Below, in pieces: positions 27,541 through 39,500 of a stretch of DNA of 51,424 nt. Every line of letters begins with the position of its first letter. Within the stretch, counting starts at the first letter, position 1. Source of the DNA: Paraglomus brasilianum (Eukaryota); assembly GCA_910592345.1 (NCBI GenBank), contig CAJVPI010000122.1:1-51424 (forward strand). Reading direction: 5' to 3'. Below the pieces are notes generated by a model. The model did no database searches, was not told the origin of the DNA, and saw only the letters and a program-made list of their open reading frames with translations. The translations under genes and the position numbers were made by a program.

Positions 27541-27729
27541 TGTAAAGAAAAAAACTGGAATAGGAATATTATTCACTGTGCCCCAATGGATGAACCAAAT
27601 TGCATGATTTATAGTTTATCTGTGAGCTGAAAACCAACAGCTTTTATTAATAACTATTTAATAAAAATTTCATTTTTCACCTATTTTCAATAATAAGTTC
27701 ACAACGATTTTTCCTGGATGCTATAAGAT

Positions 27730-27820
27730 TAATTAGAGTAGTTTCTGGAATATCCCTTCATTTCTCCACCATAAAATGCTCCAACTTGTCAAGGTTCTTG
27801 GGCATCCACTTCTCCATGAT
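27730..27820 (-). mobile_element. Tc1-like transposase C-terminal remnant
   Basis: MEKWMPKNLDKLEHFMVEK*RDIPETTLINL resembles the Tc1 C-terminal segment (..PKNL.EL....EEW..IP...I..L). Confidence 0.55.
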
Positions 27821-28189
27821 AATCGGGACAGCTTACTAGTACTAGCTTGATCAAAATCAACGCTATTCCGTTATTGGAGTGTCCGGTCTAATAATCAATT
27901 ATTTCGACGATAGAAATAATAATAAAATGTATATTTAATAAAGGATTGTGGGAGAATATTACTAAGATCCGTAATATTTTATTTATTTCACAACATGGAT
28001 AATATTACAACATTAACAACTAAAAATTTAGTGATGGAATATGAGCTACTTATATATCTTCGAGCGTTGCGGAAAAAGCGCAACGCTCTTTTAGCTATTT
28101 CTAATTATAGTATTTTGTGCTGTTGCGGATTTTCGCAACATTTTCGTAATGTAACGTGGCGCCGTTGCGGATTTTTCGAAACGCCGTTA

Positions 28190-30035
28190 CAGTCAACTGC
28201 CGTTAATTCGGACACCAACTTTCCGAGGTCATTGTTCGAATTAATATTAACGAATAATCGATTTATGGTCGCACAAAAGACCTAGTAAAGTTTTTATTCG
28301 ATAGAAGACTGTTTATACTAATACGATAACCTACGATAACATGAAACTTGACTTCCCTACTTTACACTTGTTTGCCAGATTACGATAGGATATAGAAGGA
28401 TTATCTCTTTGACGTTATATTTCCTTCCTTTGTACGGCAGTTAAATGGGTATAATTGAACGGTTGAACTAAACAGTCAGTGACCTTGTTAATCTCAAGGC
28501 TTTTACTTACGATAACTCAGCGTCGTTAAGCGTATACTAATCCTAGATAATATAACTGTCCTCGAGTTCAAAGGCACTGTGGGATTACGTCAGTAGTCTG
28601 TCTGTGTGGGGTCTCAAAACTAAATAATATAAGCGCGTTTTCTAAAACAATTAAGTTATCGTAATAAATGCCACTCGGATAAGAGGCAATTATCCTTCGT
28701 TGATATACGGATTGGCGGTTTCTCAAATAATTTAGAGAATAGGGGTGTCAATAATATGTTCAGAGTAAATGTGATACTCGTTTATTAACAAGATAATGAT
28801 ATATGACTAAATATCAAGGAAGCAAAACACACCCAACTTTAGAAACTTGCGCTGCTTTTATATCTTTCGATTTCACTAATTAATATATTTTTAGTAGCAC
28901 TGACCAATTATCTATCTGTTAGGATTGCTGTCGCCTGATGTCTTTAGATGTACAGTGAAACCTCTTTATACCGGTCAGCCCCGTCCATGGGATTTTTTGG
29001 CCGGTATAAGGAGAACCGGCATAAAGGTATAAAAGGCAAGTGATACAAGAGTACATATAAGGGCAATTCATTGTTTAATAACATAGCCACTGTCATAGCT
29101 TCTTCAAGTTGAGGCCACTTTGGGGGACGTTTCTTCTTAAATTGTGCTGATGAATCATTTTTTTTAATAGATAACCACTTATCTTTTTCACGAAGTATGT
29201 CACCAATTGTACTGCTTCCGCAAGCAAATATTTCCGCAATTTGATTATAAGAACAATAAGGATTTCTTGACTTGAATTGACAAATTTCCTTTTTCTGTAA
29301 AGCGGTGAGTGAAACTCTGGTTTTGTTTTTATTCGTTTTATTTATTGATTGGAAAGAACGTTTTTTACGTGCCATGGTAAATAGAAGAAAGCAAAAGTAG
29401 AAGAACACATAGAAGGTCTATTTATTGTGTTACATGATCGACCGGTATAAAAAGGATAATTATATATATTTTATAATAGTATGACGAATTTTGTCAAGCA
29501 AAATTTCGACCGGAGCCGGTATAGACAATTTAATTAATGATGGCCGGTATATAAAGGGGAAATTCATATGTGAAAATCCGTTCCTGAAAATTTTGGCCGT
29601 TATAGCAAAAACCGGTATAACCGGGGGACGGTATAAAGAGGTTTCACTGTACTATTGAGACAGAAGAGGTTGTTATTGATGAAGAAGAAATTGTAAGACA
29701 CGTCTAATTTTGATAGTTGTAATGAAGGTAGTGACATTGAAATCGAAAAAAATTTCTCATTCTACGGCATTGAAACAATACAAATTACTTCTGCAGTATG
29801 TAGAACAGCAAGACCCCGCCAAATCGTAGAAGAGCAAGACATGCCAAGATTGCAAAGTCTGTTGCGACGGACGCATTCAATCGAGGCGATGCAACAAAAA
29901 AAGTTAACAGATTTTTTCATCAAAGAGAGAGAGAACCACAATTCATAAGAGGTGAACAAATTGGTTTAGTTTCTATGGAGAAAAAAATAAAGAAATTTTT
30001 ATTATAAATAAAGTTTAAGATTTAATTCGAGACAT
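28190..30035 (+). mobile_element. Old pogo/Tigger-like element remnant, host of a nested insertion
   Basis: Left end TA|CAGTCAACTGCCGTTAATTCGGAC. After the nested element, decayed C-terminal transposase-like text reads TIETEEVVIDEEEIV...ISHSTAL...MQQKKLTDFF. Right TIR not identified. Confidence 0.45.
28953..29649 (-). mobile_element. Non-autonomous pogo/Tigger-type element (697 bp) carrying a truncated CENP-B-type HTH transposase N-terminus
   Basis: Perfect 21-bp TIRs CAGTGAAACCTCTTTATACCG, TA on both sides, repeated ccggtata subterminal motifs. ORF from ATG 29375: RVSLTALQKKEIC...SYNQIAEIFACGSSTIGDILREKDKW...KWPQLEEAM, then deleted. Confidence 0.9.
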
Positions 30036-30042
30036 AAGTACA

Positions 30043-30531
30043 CAGTGAAATTCACTTTAACGAACTTTCACTTTAACGAAGATTGCTTATAACGAAGTAT
30101 TTTTCTGGAACCAGTTCACTCTTAAAAGAATAATTTCAGATTAACGAATGTTTATAGTGTAATTGATTATAATGAAGAACAAGACTCACGCATTATGAGA
30201 GAAATTGTAGCAACTATTCAAGGGCGTTCAGAAGAAGAAGAGAAATTGAGAAAGGTATCATCAGCAAAAGCAATTAATAATATTGACAGTCTTTTGTTAT
30301 ACATGCAACAAGAGGAATTAAACGTAGAATTGCAAGGATTCAATTTACGCCATATTAAAATCAACCAATTTTATTGGATATTCAATATCGATGAATCATG
30401 TAAATTATTCGGAATAACAAAAATTTTGCGGAACAGACGACTTAATACAAATGACATCATTATTTAAAACCCCCGCATATATCAACGAAATTGGCCGGTC
30501 CCGTGGGGTTGATATTAGAGAGGGTTCACTG
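30043..30531 (+). mobile_element. Degenerate pogo/Tigger-type element (489 bp)
   Basis: Ends CAGTGAAATTCAC.. and ..GAGGGTTCACTG|TA, with ttaacgaa subterminal repeats and internal transposase C-terminal-like text EIVATIQ..EEEE..KVSSAKAINNIDSLLLYMQQ. Confidence 0.65.
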
Positions 30532-32149
30532 TATATATATTGGTGTGTAGGGCCGCCCGATTTCATCAGTTGGATAAATTTAATATTAGAATGCATTTCA
30601 CGACTGCTAGTTGCAGGAATCATATGACTCCTGATCAATAAAATTTGGTGTTCGATAAAAGCAAATTTATGCTTTCTCGTAATTGCATCTTAAGGGTAAT
30701 ATAATTCTTTATTTTTAACCAGCTTTGTTATTAATGTTAACGTTAATTCATCTTTTTTTTTTGGTGGATTAGATTATAGTATCCAAATGCTACGAAGGAT
30801 GAAGGTTATTAATAATATGACCCAGACTTGAATACACAGAAGGCGTATTTATGCTTTAATTAACCTGTGAGAGGTTTTAATTGGGAAAGCAGAACAACCG
30901 ATAAACGTTTACATAAAAATTGGGATAATGTTATTGTATCGGTATGTGATTAGTAGAAGGTTTGTTTAAAGAATTGTTTTCAAAAAATTTCCCAGTGTAG
31001 TTGTCGACATATTACAAAATTGTATCCCTCGCACCGCTAAAGTTTCGTTTCTTCAGCATTACTTTTAATCCATTAAGATTTTTATTAGTTAGGCGATTAT
31101 CTCATCTTCCTGTATCTTCCATAACTGTCGGGGATTCAAATGCGTACTAATTTGTTATTGGCACTTTTTCTAGTAACCATATTGTAAAATAATTTTATTA
31201 TCGACGATTGTATGCTGATAAGACACAGGTCACTCAATGTTGCTAAGTCGGGCACAAAGTGTAATTAAACGGTATACAAATTTCGACACTATCTTTTCGG
31301 AATTGATAGCATAGTATTATTATTGTTATCGTATTAATTACGGCGTGTGTGGCATGGGTACTATTTTTGCTTCCCTTTGACTTCTAATCTAATTTCTATA
31401 ACGAGTTACCAATTGGCGGACAACAATTAAACTTTCTAAAAAAAATTTCCTTTATTTAGCTGACAAATTCATTGTGCATACACAGTTAACTCAGCAAAGA
31501 GTTTTAGGTCTCTAATCAAGATCTAAGATAATGTTACCGACTACTCACAATATATGAAGAGTCATAGTTATTAGTCAATTGTATAAATCAATAGTCTTAC
31601 TACTTTAATAACAACATGTAAAAAAATAATGTTATAATAAAATAAACGATAGCAAACAACAGATTAACAAGAAGAGCCACTAATTGTGACAAGTTAAATT
31701 TAGTGAATTAAGAGATATACAGCAAACAGAATTAATGCCGACGTGTTGAGGTTAAACATTAGGCAATTGTCACTACAGTTAGATCTATGATGAGGAATAT
31801 CCAATTCGATATATAAAGCATTTGACTAGATCATCTGAAGATATAATAATGGTGATTGCAGTACGTCGGGTATTAGGGTCAAGGATACCACAGTAGCTAC
31901 AGTCAACCCCTTATGGATCACAAAAAAAGTTACTATTACCAGTTTACAATGTCAAATAAATTTATTATATATAAAACAAAACTTTACGCTTGTTTGAATG
32001 TTTTGCAACTCAGTTTGAATTCAATTTCTTTTGTTACATGCTATCTTTTTGATATCCAAATCAATAAAATGTTTATGAGCGTATGACTGCGAATATTACA
32101 GCAGTGTGAATGTGCTGTGATGACGGACGACTCACATTTCGCGTAACTC

Positions 32150-32210
32150 TGTTGTACCTTAGTTCGGGACCATCTCAGTCCAGAACTCAGTCATCTCAGT
32201 CCAGGTCTCC
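32150..32210. mobile_element. Palindromic MITE-like element (copy 3, fragment)
   Basis: tgttgtaccttagttcgggaccatctcagtccagaactcagtcatctcagtccag shares the ctcagtccagaactcag subrepeats of 873-1008. Confidence 0.5.
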
Positions 32211-33222
32211 ACATTTCTGGATCACCATTTAAGTTATATATTAATTAGGTGCCAGAAATGACGGATTTGAGAGAAACTGGCACCTGAACGCCGCATTAAT
32301 AGTAGCAGTCGTAAACAATCAGTTCTTAGATTTATTTGTAAGAAATGGGCACCTATGCAACACGTAGTCAATTTTAGAGAAGCGACACCTCGAAGCTTAT
32401 ATAAGCAACTTAGTTTTCCGGCGTGTCTGGTAATTGTTATTATTTCTTATCAATAAACGAGTAGTTTTTTATACTCTGAATATAAACAATTATTTAGTAT
32501 CGACGATATAGTCAGAAACCGTTAATTCCTTATCGTTAGGAGTATTTGCCTCATGCACACGTGGCGTTGAGATTCATACGAACGGAATCGGTGGACATAT
32601 TCGAAGAAGAACGACATATTTATCGAGGATTGGCGTTATAGATCGAATAGATAATCGTGAATTGATTAGGTCAATAACTGTCGTTACATTTAACTTAGCG
32701 AGTAGGAGCAGCTAAACCTCCGTTGAAAGGAATACTCTAAGCGTTCATTCAACGGCTTGCCCAAAAGAATGCCTCTTATTCTGCCGCGTTCCTCTTTGTA
32801 AGTGTCAATAGTTATCCGGACCGTTGGCATGACAGTGCCAAACTGATCTTGAAACACTATCTGAGCTATTATGCAAAAATTAAGGAGGAATATATTAATA
32901 TATCATAATTTAATATTAGCCTCCACTGAGCTAAATTGATCTTGCAGGTAACTGAACATAATAGTAGGATGCACTTTCATTTTTCATTGATTTTTTGCGC
33001 AACTAGGACAACACAATTGCAACGGGCACATTTTAACATCTATTACAGTAATAATTTGAATGCTGCATATTTTTCATATCCAAATTTAACAATATCTTTA
33101 GTAATAAAATCAAAAACATGCTATTATTATTATAACTACATTTATATCTGTGCCTCAACTGTTATTCTGTAAAGAATCAGATAAATCTTTAACAGGGGGC
33201 ATTTACTTATCTAAATAACTAA

Positions 33223-35301
33223 TTAGAAAAGGCAGATATTTAATGCTAGAGCCTTTGCTAAAGCTGCTGCTCCTTTATCTCCGATCTGATTGTTATATAG
33301 ATTCAAAGAAGTCAGAGAAGAATTTGATTCTAGAGCCTTTTACCTTTGCCAAAGCTGCTGCTCCTGTATCTCCAATACAATTTTCAACTAGATTCAAAGA
33401 ATTCAGAGAAGACTTTGACTCTAGAGCCTTTGCCAAAGCTGCTGCTCCTGTCTCTCCAATATAATTACCATGTAGATTTAAAGAATTCAGAGAAGAATTT
33501 GATTGTAGAGCCTTTGCCAAAAACTGCTGCTCCTTTATCTCCAATCTGATTATCCTTAAGATTCAAACAAGTCAAAAAAGAATTTGATTCTAGAGCCTTT
33601 GCCAAAGCTGCTGTTCTAGTTCCTGTATCTCCAATCTGATTATATTCAAGATTCAAAGAAGTCAAAGAAGAATTTGATTGTAGAGCCTTTGCCAAAGCTG
33701 TTGCTCCTGTCGTTCCAATCCAATTACAATAGAGATCCAAAGAAATCAGAGAAGAATTTGTTTCTAGAGTCTTTGCCAAAGCTGCTGCTCCTTTATCTCC
33801 AATCTTATTATCCTTAAGATTCAAACAAGTCAGAAAAGAATTTGATTTTAGAACCTTTGCCAAAGCTGCTGCTCCTGTCTCTCCAATCTGATTGCCATGT
33901 AGATTTAAAGAATTTAAAGAAGAATTTGATTCTAGAGCCTTTGCCAAAGCTGCTGCTCCTGTATCTTCAATATGATTATACTCAAGATTCAAAGAAATTA
34001 GAAAAGAATTTGATTCTAGAGCCTTTGCCAAAGCTGCTGTGCCTGTATCTCCAATCTGATTATCACTAAGATCCAAAGAAATCAGAGAAGAATTTGATTC
34101 TAGAGCCTTTGCCAAAGCTACTGCTCCTGTTTCTCCCAAACCATGATAACTCAAGTTCAACATTTTACGCAAAATTAATGGCTCATTGTGCAAAGATTTT
34201 AATTGCTTACATACTTCTTCACTCAATGGTCTTTTGTTAGGATCATTGTCCCAACATTTAGAATATAGTTCAATGTACTTTTTTGGTGTTTCTGGAAAAG
34301 GAGGATCTCTTAAGCCTTTCAATCTATATAAAACAATTTCAAAACTTTGAATTCGTCCTTCACAGGGACTTTTCCCACTAGATATTTCCCATAATATTAC
34401 TCCAAAACTAAAGATGTCTGACTTTATCCCTCGTTTATATGATTCATTTTCAAAGGTGACTGGATCAATATATGCTGTACTGCCTTCACCTCTTGATGTA
34501 GATACAGTTTGTTTTAACATGCTAGACAACCCAAAATCAGTAATCTTTGCAATGTCCCCTTGAATAAGAACATTTGCAGAAGACTGTACACATACAAGTA
34601 ATATCATGCATTACTTATACTATAATTATAATGCAAATAGTTATTTTATGTGCATAAATAGATAATATAAACACCTTACCAGATCTTTATGAACAATATC
34701 AAGCACATGTAGGTATCTCAACCCATTTGCAATGTCCAGACCCAATTTGTACATTTCTTTCCATGTTAAATCAGTAAAATGCCTTGCTAGATGTGCACAT
34801 AGATTTCCGCCATCAGCAAATTCAAATACCATGTGATAATTGTGGGAGGTGTCTACTCATAAATCGAAGTAAGTCATAATTCTATAAAGTTTAACATTGC
34901 ATTTAACTCGCCTTGATATACTGACCTTTGCATAATCCTAAAAATCGGATAATGTTCGGATGGTCATCCACTTTCTTATGAGTTTTCAACTAATATACAC
35001 AAAATCAGTTTATTTTAGATAGTGATTTACCGAGTGACGACTGCTAACAGTAATAACAATAATAACACAAACCTCCTTGACAAACTTCTTGTATAATTCT
35101 TGCTCATCGCTATATGCGTTCAGAGATAACATCTTCATTGCGACGGTTATGTCGTTGTACTTTCAACTGTGCCTTGTACACAACTCCGAACCCACCGTGG
35201 CCGACAAACATACGGTTTAAGATTTCACTTTCTAAATAACACTTGATTATTCCATCTTCACATATTTTATCTAGCCATTTCTTATTATTATCCATGTTCA
35301 T
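33223..35301 (-). pseudogene. Tyrosine-kinase-like kinase fused to 11 C-terminal NLRC3/RI-type LRRs; exons about 35301-35073, 34989-34926, 34852-34680, 34583-33223; three frame disruptions
   Basis: Kinase motifs GHGGFGVVYKA, VAMK, HPNIIRFLG, HKDLSSANVL, DFGLS, AYIDP, SDIFSFGVILWEI and CW..DP.KRP, then 84-bp repeats L.SL.L..N.IGD.GAAALAKALESNSS. Disruptions: +1 near 35161, +1 at 33519-33523, and a 7-nt insertion near 33337-33343. Confidence 0.88.
33243..34155 (-). repeat. Coding tandem array of 11 x 84-bp LRR units
   Basis: tagagcctttgccaaagctgctgctcct recurs about every 84 bp on the + strand. Confidence 0.92.
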
Positions 35302-35724
35302 TAATGTTTGCGTTAAGACATTACGATTGATGCACTATATAATATGTCACACAAGAATTTATGATAGTCACACAGAGCGACAAAGGAATATATTTACTTC
35401 GGCCGCCCTTACTATCGATAATGACTTGGCTGTCATTGAATCGATCCAGATGCTCGTTGCTTCTTCTAACAAAGGAATTTGACTCGATGTTTTAAAAAAT
35501 ATATATATATTTTTTAGCCGCTCCTTCAATACCAAACCATTTATCTACTATCTTACTGACAGTTGTCCAATGTTAAGATCATACTTAGTATTAAAATGAC
35601 CTGAAATTCAGCAAGTTATCTTATGAAAGGCACTGGATCATAATAAACTCATTGTAAGTGTGCACCACTACGATATCAATTTCTTCTTTTATTACATATT
35701 ACTAAGCTATACTCATAAATGCAT

Positions 35725-35785
35725 CCCTCTCTAAATGCACGCTCCAGCTCATTCCCAAGGGCGTGCATTTAGAGAGGGTTGACTG
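35725..35785. mobile_element. Right end of a pogo/Tigger-type element with an 18-bp perfect hairpin
   Basis: ccctctctaaatgcacgc (35725-35742) pairs with gcgtgcatttagagaggg (35761-35778), followed by TTGACTG|TA. Confidence 0.6.
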
Positions 35786-36536
35786 TACATACAATACATC
35801 AGCTAAATACAGAAAACAATCAACCTCGACTACGATCCAACAATACATAAAACTGACCAACTTGTCGTCAGATATCTTACAGTTATCTTTTTATAAAGAT
35901 ACGGTCGATTTTATTGGTTTTTATTGTTTATTTTATTTGATTCATGTTATTGTCCATATAGTTTTTATCATTACATTATTTAAATAGAGTCACACGCAGA
36001 TGTATCCTCATCTATCATAATGTCACGAGTACGTGTATAATAAAATCTTGTCGACGCTTGCGTTTGTAATTTGAATTCAAATTTTCAGTCTTATGCCATT
36101 AACAAAACTTCGTCATGTACTTAACCGGCTGGATAAATAATACAAACTGCTGTCACTCTTCATGTATTTCCTTTTGGAACTAAAGTTAACAAAATTCTTA
36201 ACTAAAAAGGGGCGAAGCCCCCAAAAAAATTTAGTTAATAAAGATTAAATATGTGCTTCCATAGTGTTCTACAATCGAATGCTAGAAATTCTATCCCTAT
36301 AAACAGTATGATCTGCAACATTCAAATTGGAAAAACTTTTGTTTTTTTGGACGTCCTATTCATATTAACCTTCATTATAAAGAGTTATAAATAAAGAATT
36401 ATGATATACAGATAAAGAATTATGATATACAGATATACATAAATTAGTTTACAATCCACGCTATGAACGTCCTCGTGAAAAGGTCAAATTCTAAATACAT
36501 CGATATGTAATAAAATCATCAACTTGGTGAAAAGTT

Positions 36537-39500
36537 TCATGTGTAAGGGTTTTCTCCTGCCTAAATTACGAATATGATATTAATGCTGGTGGTCAGATTA
36601 ATAAAAATAGCAGAAAAACGGTCAGGTTTTCTACTTACGACTCCTATTGTCCGCCGTCCTTGTAGGCTCAGTTGTTATTGTATTAAGTGTAATTGGTAAT
36701 GCATTTCCTGCAATGCAGAAAAATATGTTAGTACTCGACCAGTATGTTAGGAATATAGTTCAGTTCAATGTGATCACATCATACCTGAACTGCCAAAAAT
36801 TTCATCGGCAAGCGTTTTGAGTTCGCGTGTCCATGTCATAGGACTTGCTTGCTCTAAAAAGACAAACCCAATCGTTTAACAAACACCTATCCATTCACCT
36901 TTAAATACACGTTAACGCCAGCTCACGAAATAGAATTACCTTGAGCTTTGGACCTTTCTTCAGCTATTTCAATGAGACGATTGTCAAGACAGCATTGATA
37001 TAGAGCTTCCCCTATTCCGCATTTTAGAACATGTATTTGCATATAGTTAGGAAGACAGAAAATCTTAACTACACTTACGATGTTCATCCAGTTTATTTAA
37101 AAGCTCATGCTGATCAGCGGATAGTGGAGGAATTGGTTGACTCGTGCTACGCTCAGGTATACTATGTAAACCAAATTCATTCTTTTGCTTTGCCGAATTT
37201 ACTGATTTCTTGTTAGCAAAAGTCTTGGGGCAACGCAGCTCTCCGTTTGCGATATTTTCAATCCAACTATCAAATGTCCTTTCTAATTCACGCGATGTAG
37301 GTCGCATGTCAGGGTCTTGATCCCAGCATGCTTGCATAATAATGGAATAATAGGCAGGCATGTCCGGGGGAATGTCAGGACGGGTTCCTGTTTGTAAGAA
37401 TCGTTGTAGTTTTATCAAAATTCTACAAGAAGCAACTACTGAACTAAGACACAACAATGTACCTGAACATATATCTACTGCTAAATGTACATCATAATCT
37501 TTTCCTTCAAATGGTGGTCTACCTGACCATAGTTCGTACATAATCATTCCAACGCTATAAACATCGGTTGCTCGAGTGTATGGCATTCGTCGTAAAACTT
37601 CTGGTGCTACATAGGGAAGCACACCCTGAATCGTCTTTTCATTTTCAGTCATAGAAGCCTTATTCCAACAAAGACCGAGATCGCTTATCATTGTCCAAGT
37701 ACCGGATCGTAGAATGTTGCCAGTGTGCAAGTCTTTCTTCGAAGTTGGTAGCGAAAGAAGAGAGTATTGATCTGTCAGTTATTATTGGTGCATAAAAAAC
37801 ACTATCTAATAATCATCATAAAACTCGTATTACATGCAACAGTCCCACTTTATGAATGGTCACTAAGCCACTTGCAATGTCTCTGAGAGTGATGATTTTT
37901 CTTTGTAAAGTAAAACTATCAAAGTTCTTGGAAATATACTGCCGGAGATCTCCATCCTCAGCATATGATGTGACGACAATAAACTCATTAGTGGATGGGC
38001 AGCGCGAGATGCCATAACAACGTACGACGTGTGAAACCAACGTGCTGAATTTGTGGTATGCACCCAACTAGTTGACAAAACAATGAGCAGATGTTAGCAA
38101 AACCATCAACAAAGTAGAAAAACAATATTATATTAACATGCCTCTTTCAGAAAGCCCATCGTCGCTTTATTAGCATTTTTTATACGTTTCAATATGACTA
38201 CGTCCGGATTTGCCTGACCCCAGCCTCGCTTCCATTCATTGGCATTTGCGTCCAATGTCCGAATAGGTCCTCGAGGCCAATATGCTGTAAATCTAATCAA
38301 GTATGCCAATAATTAGAATAATATGAGATTAGCTATCGACACAAGAGATAGATAGATATAGACATAATCCAAATACACCTACACTGAGCTGTTACCACCA
38401 TTTGCAAGATGCTCCACGTTTGTGAATTCTTTATAGTCTATCCATTCCAAGACAGATCTGACATTGGTTGCCTCAAGTTGAGCTTCTTGAATAAAATTGT
38501 CAATTTCTTCGGAGCCACTTGTCCAATTCGAAAAATTATTCTGAAACAGTTCACTGTTGCAATAATTACAGTAATTGTATCCTGTTCTTGATGAAAAGCA
38601 TTCTTCACATTGACCAAAGTTCCCCATTGGTCGTAAATTAGAAAATCTGCCTGAATGACGTTGTGGTCTAACAGTGTCTGGGTTCAAGTTTCGCAGGAGA
38701 AAGAGAGCAGCATGTGATAGAGGTGGCTGAGTTGTGGCTGACATGATGTTAGTGGTAGTGACATTAGGAGACAAGGCTTGTGTTGGGGCATCAATTTCTT
38801 GGGGACAATTCTTATCCAACAATTCTCCTGCTTGAACTGGTTGAGGTGGTTGTGTTGAGACTGGCTTGCCATTAGTGGTAGTGACATTAGGAGATAGCTG
38901 AATTGAGGTGGCCAGCTTGCCATTAGTAGTAGTAACATCTGAATCATTTTTTGTTTCTAAAGGATAATTCTTATTCAATGGTTCTCTTCCTAGAAATGGT
39001 GGAGATGGTGTATACGCGACATTTTCTGTTTCTTGCAGATCGTAATAACTCTTATCCAACCCATACCCAGTGGAAGGGGATGCGTGTCGTGGAGACGCGT
39101 GTTGTGAAGCTGGTGCGCTCATAGTGGAATTGACATAATTCGGCGCATTTGGGTTTTGAGGATAGTAGTCTGGTGCGCTCATAGTGGAATTGACATAATT
39201 CGGCGCGTTTGGGTTTTGAGGATAGTAACCTGGTGCGCTCATAGTGGAATTGACATAATTCGGCGCGTTTGGGTTTTGAGGATAGTAACCTGGTGCGCTC
39301 ATAGTGGACTTGACATAAGTCGGCGCGTTTGGGTTTCGAGGATAGTAACCTGGTGCGCTCATAGTGGAATTGACATAATTCGGCGCGTTTGGGTTTTGAG
39401 GATAGTAAGCTGGAGATTGTTGTCGTGAGGCTGGTGCGCTCTTAGTGGAATTGACATAATTCGGGGTTTGAGGATAGTAACCTGGAGATTGTTGTTGTGA

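Noticed and set aside
33243..34069. Plus-strand repetitive ORFs (LEPLPKLLLL...)
   Set aside because: Antisense shadows of the minus-strand LRR array.
36392..36434. Short two-copy tandem duplications (also at about 14929-14968)
   Set aside because: Ordinary slippage duplications of 20-21 bp with no evidence of function.
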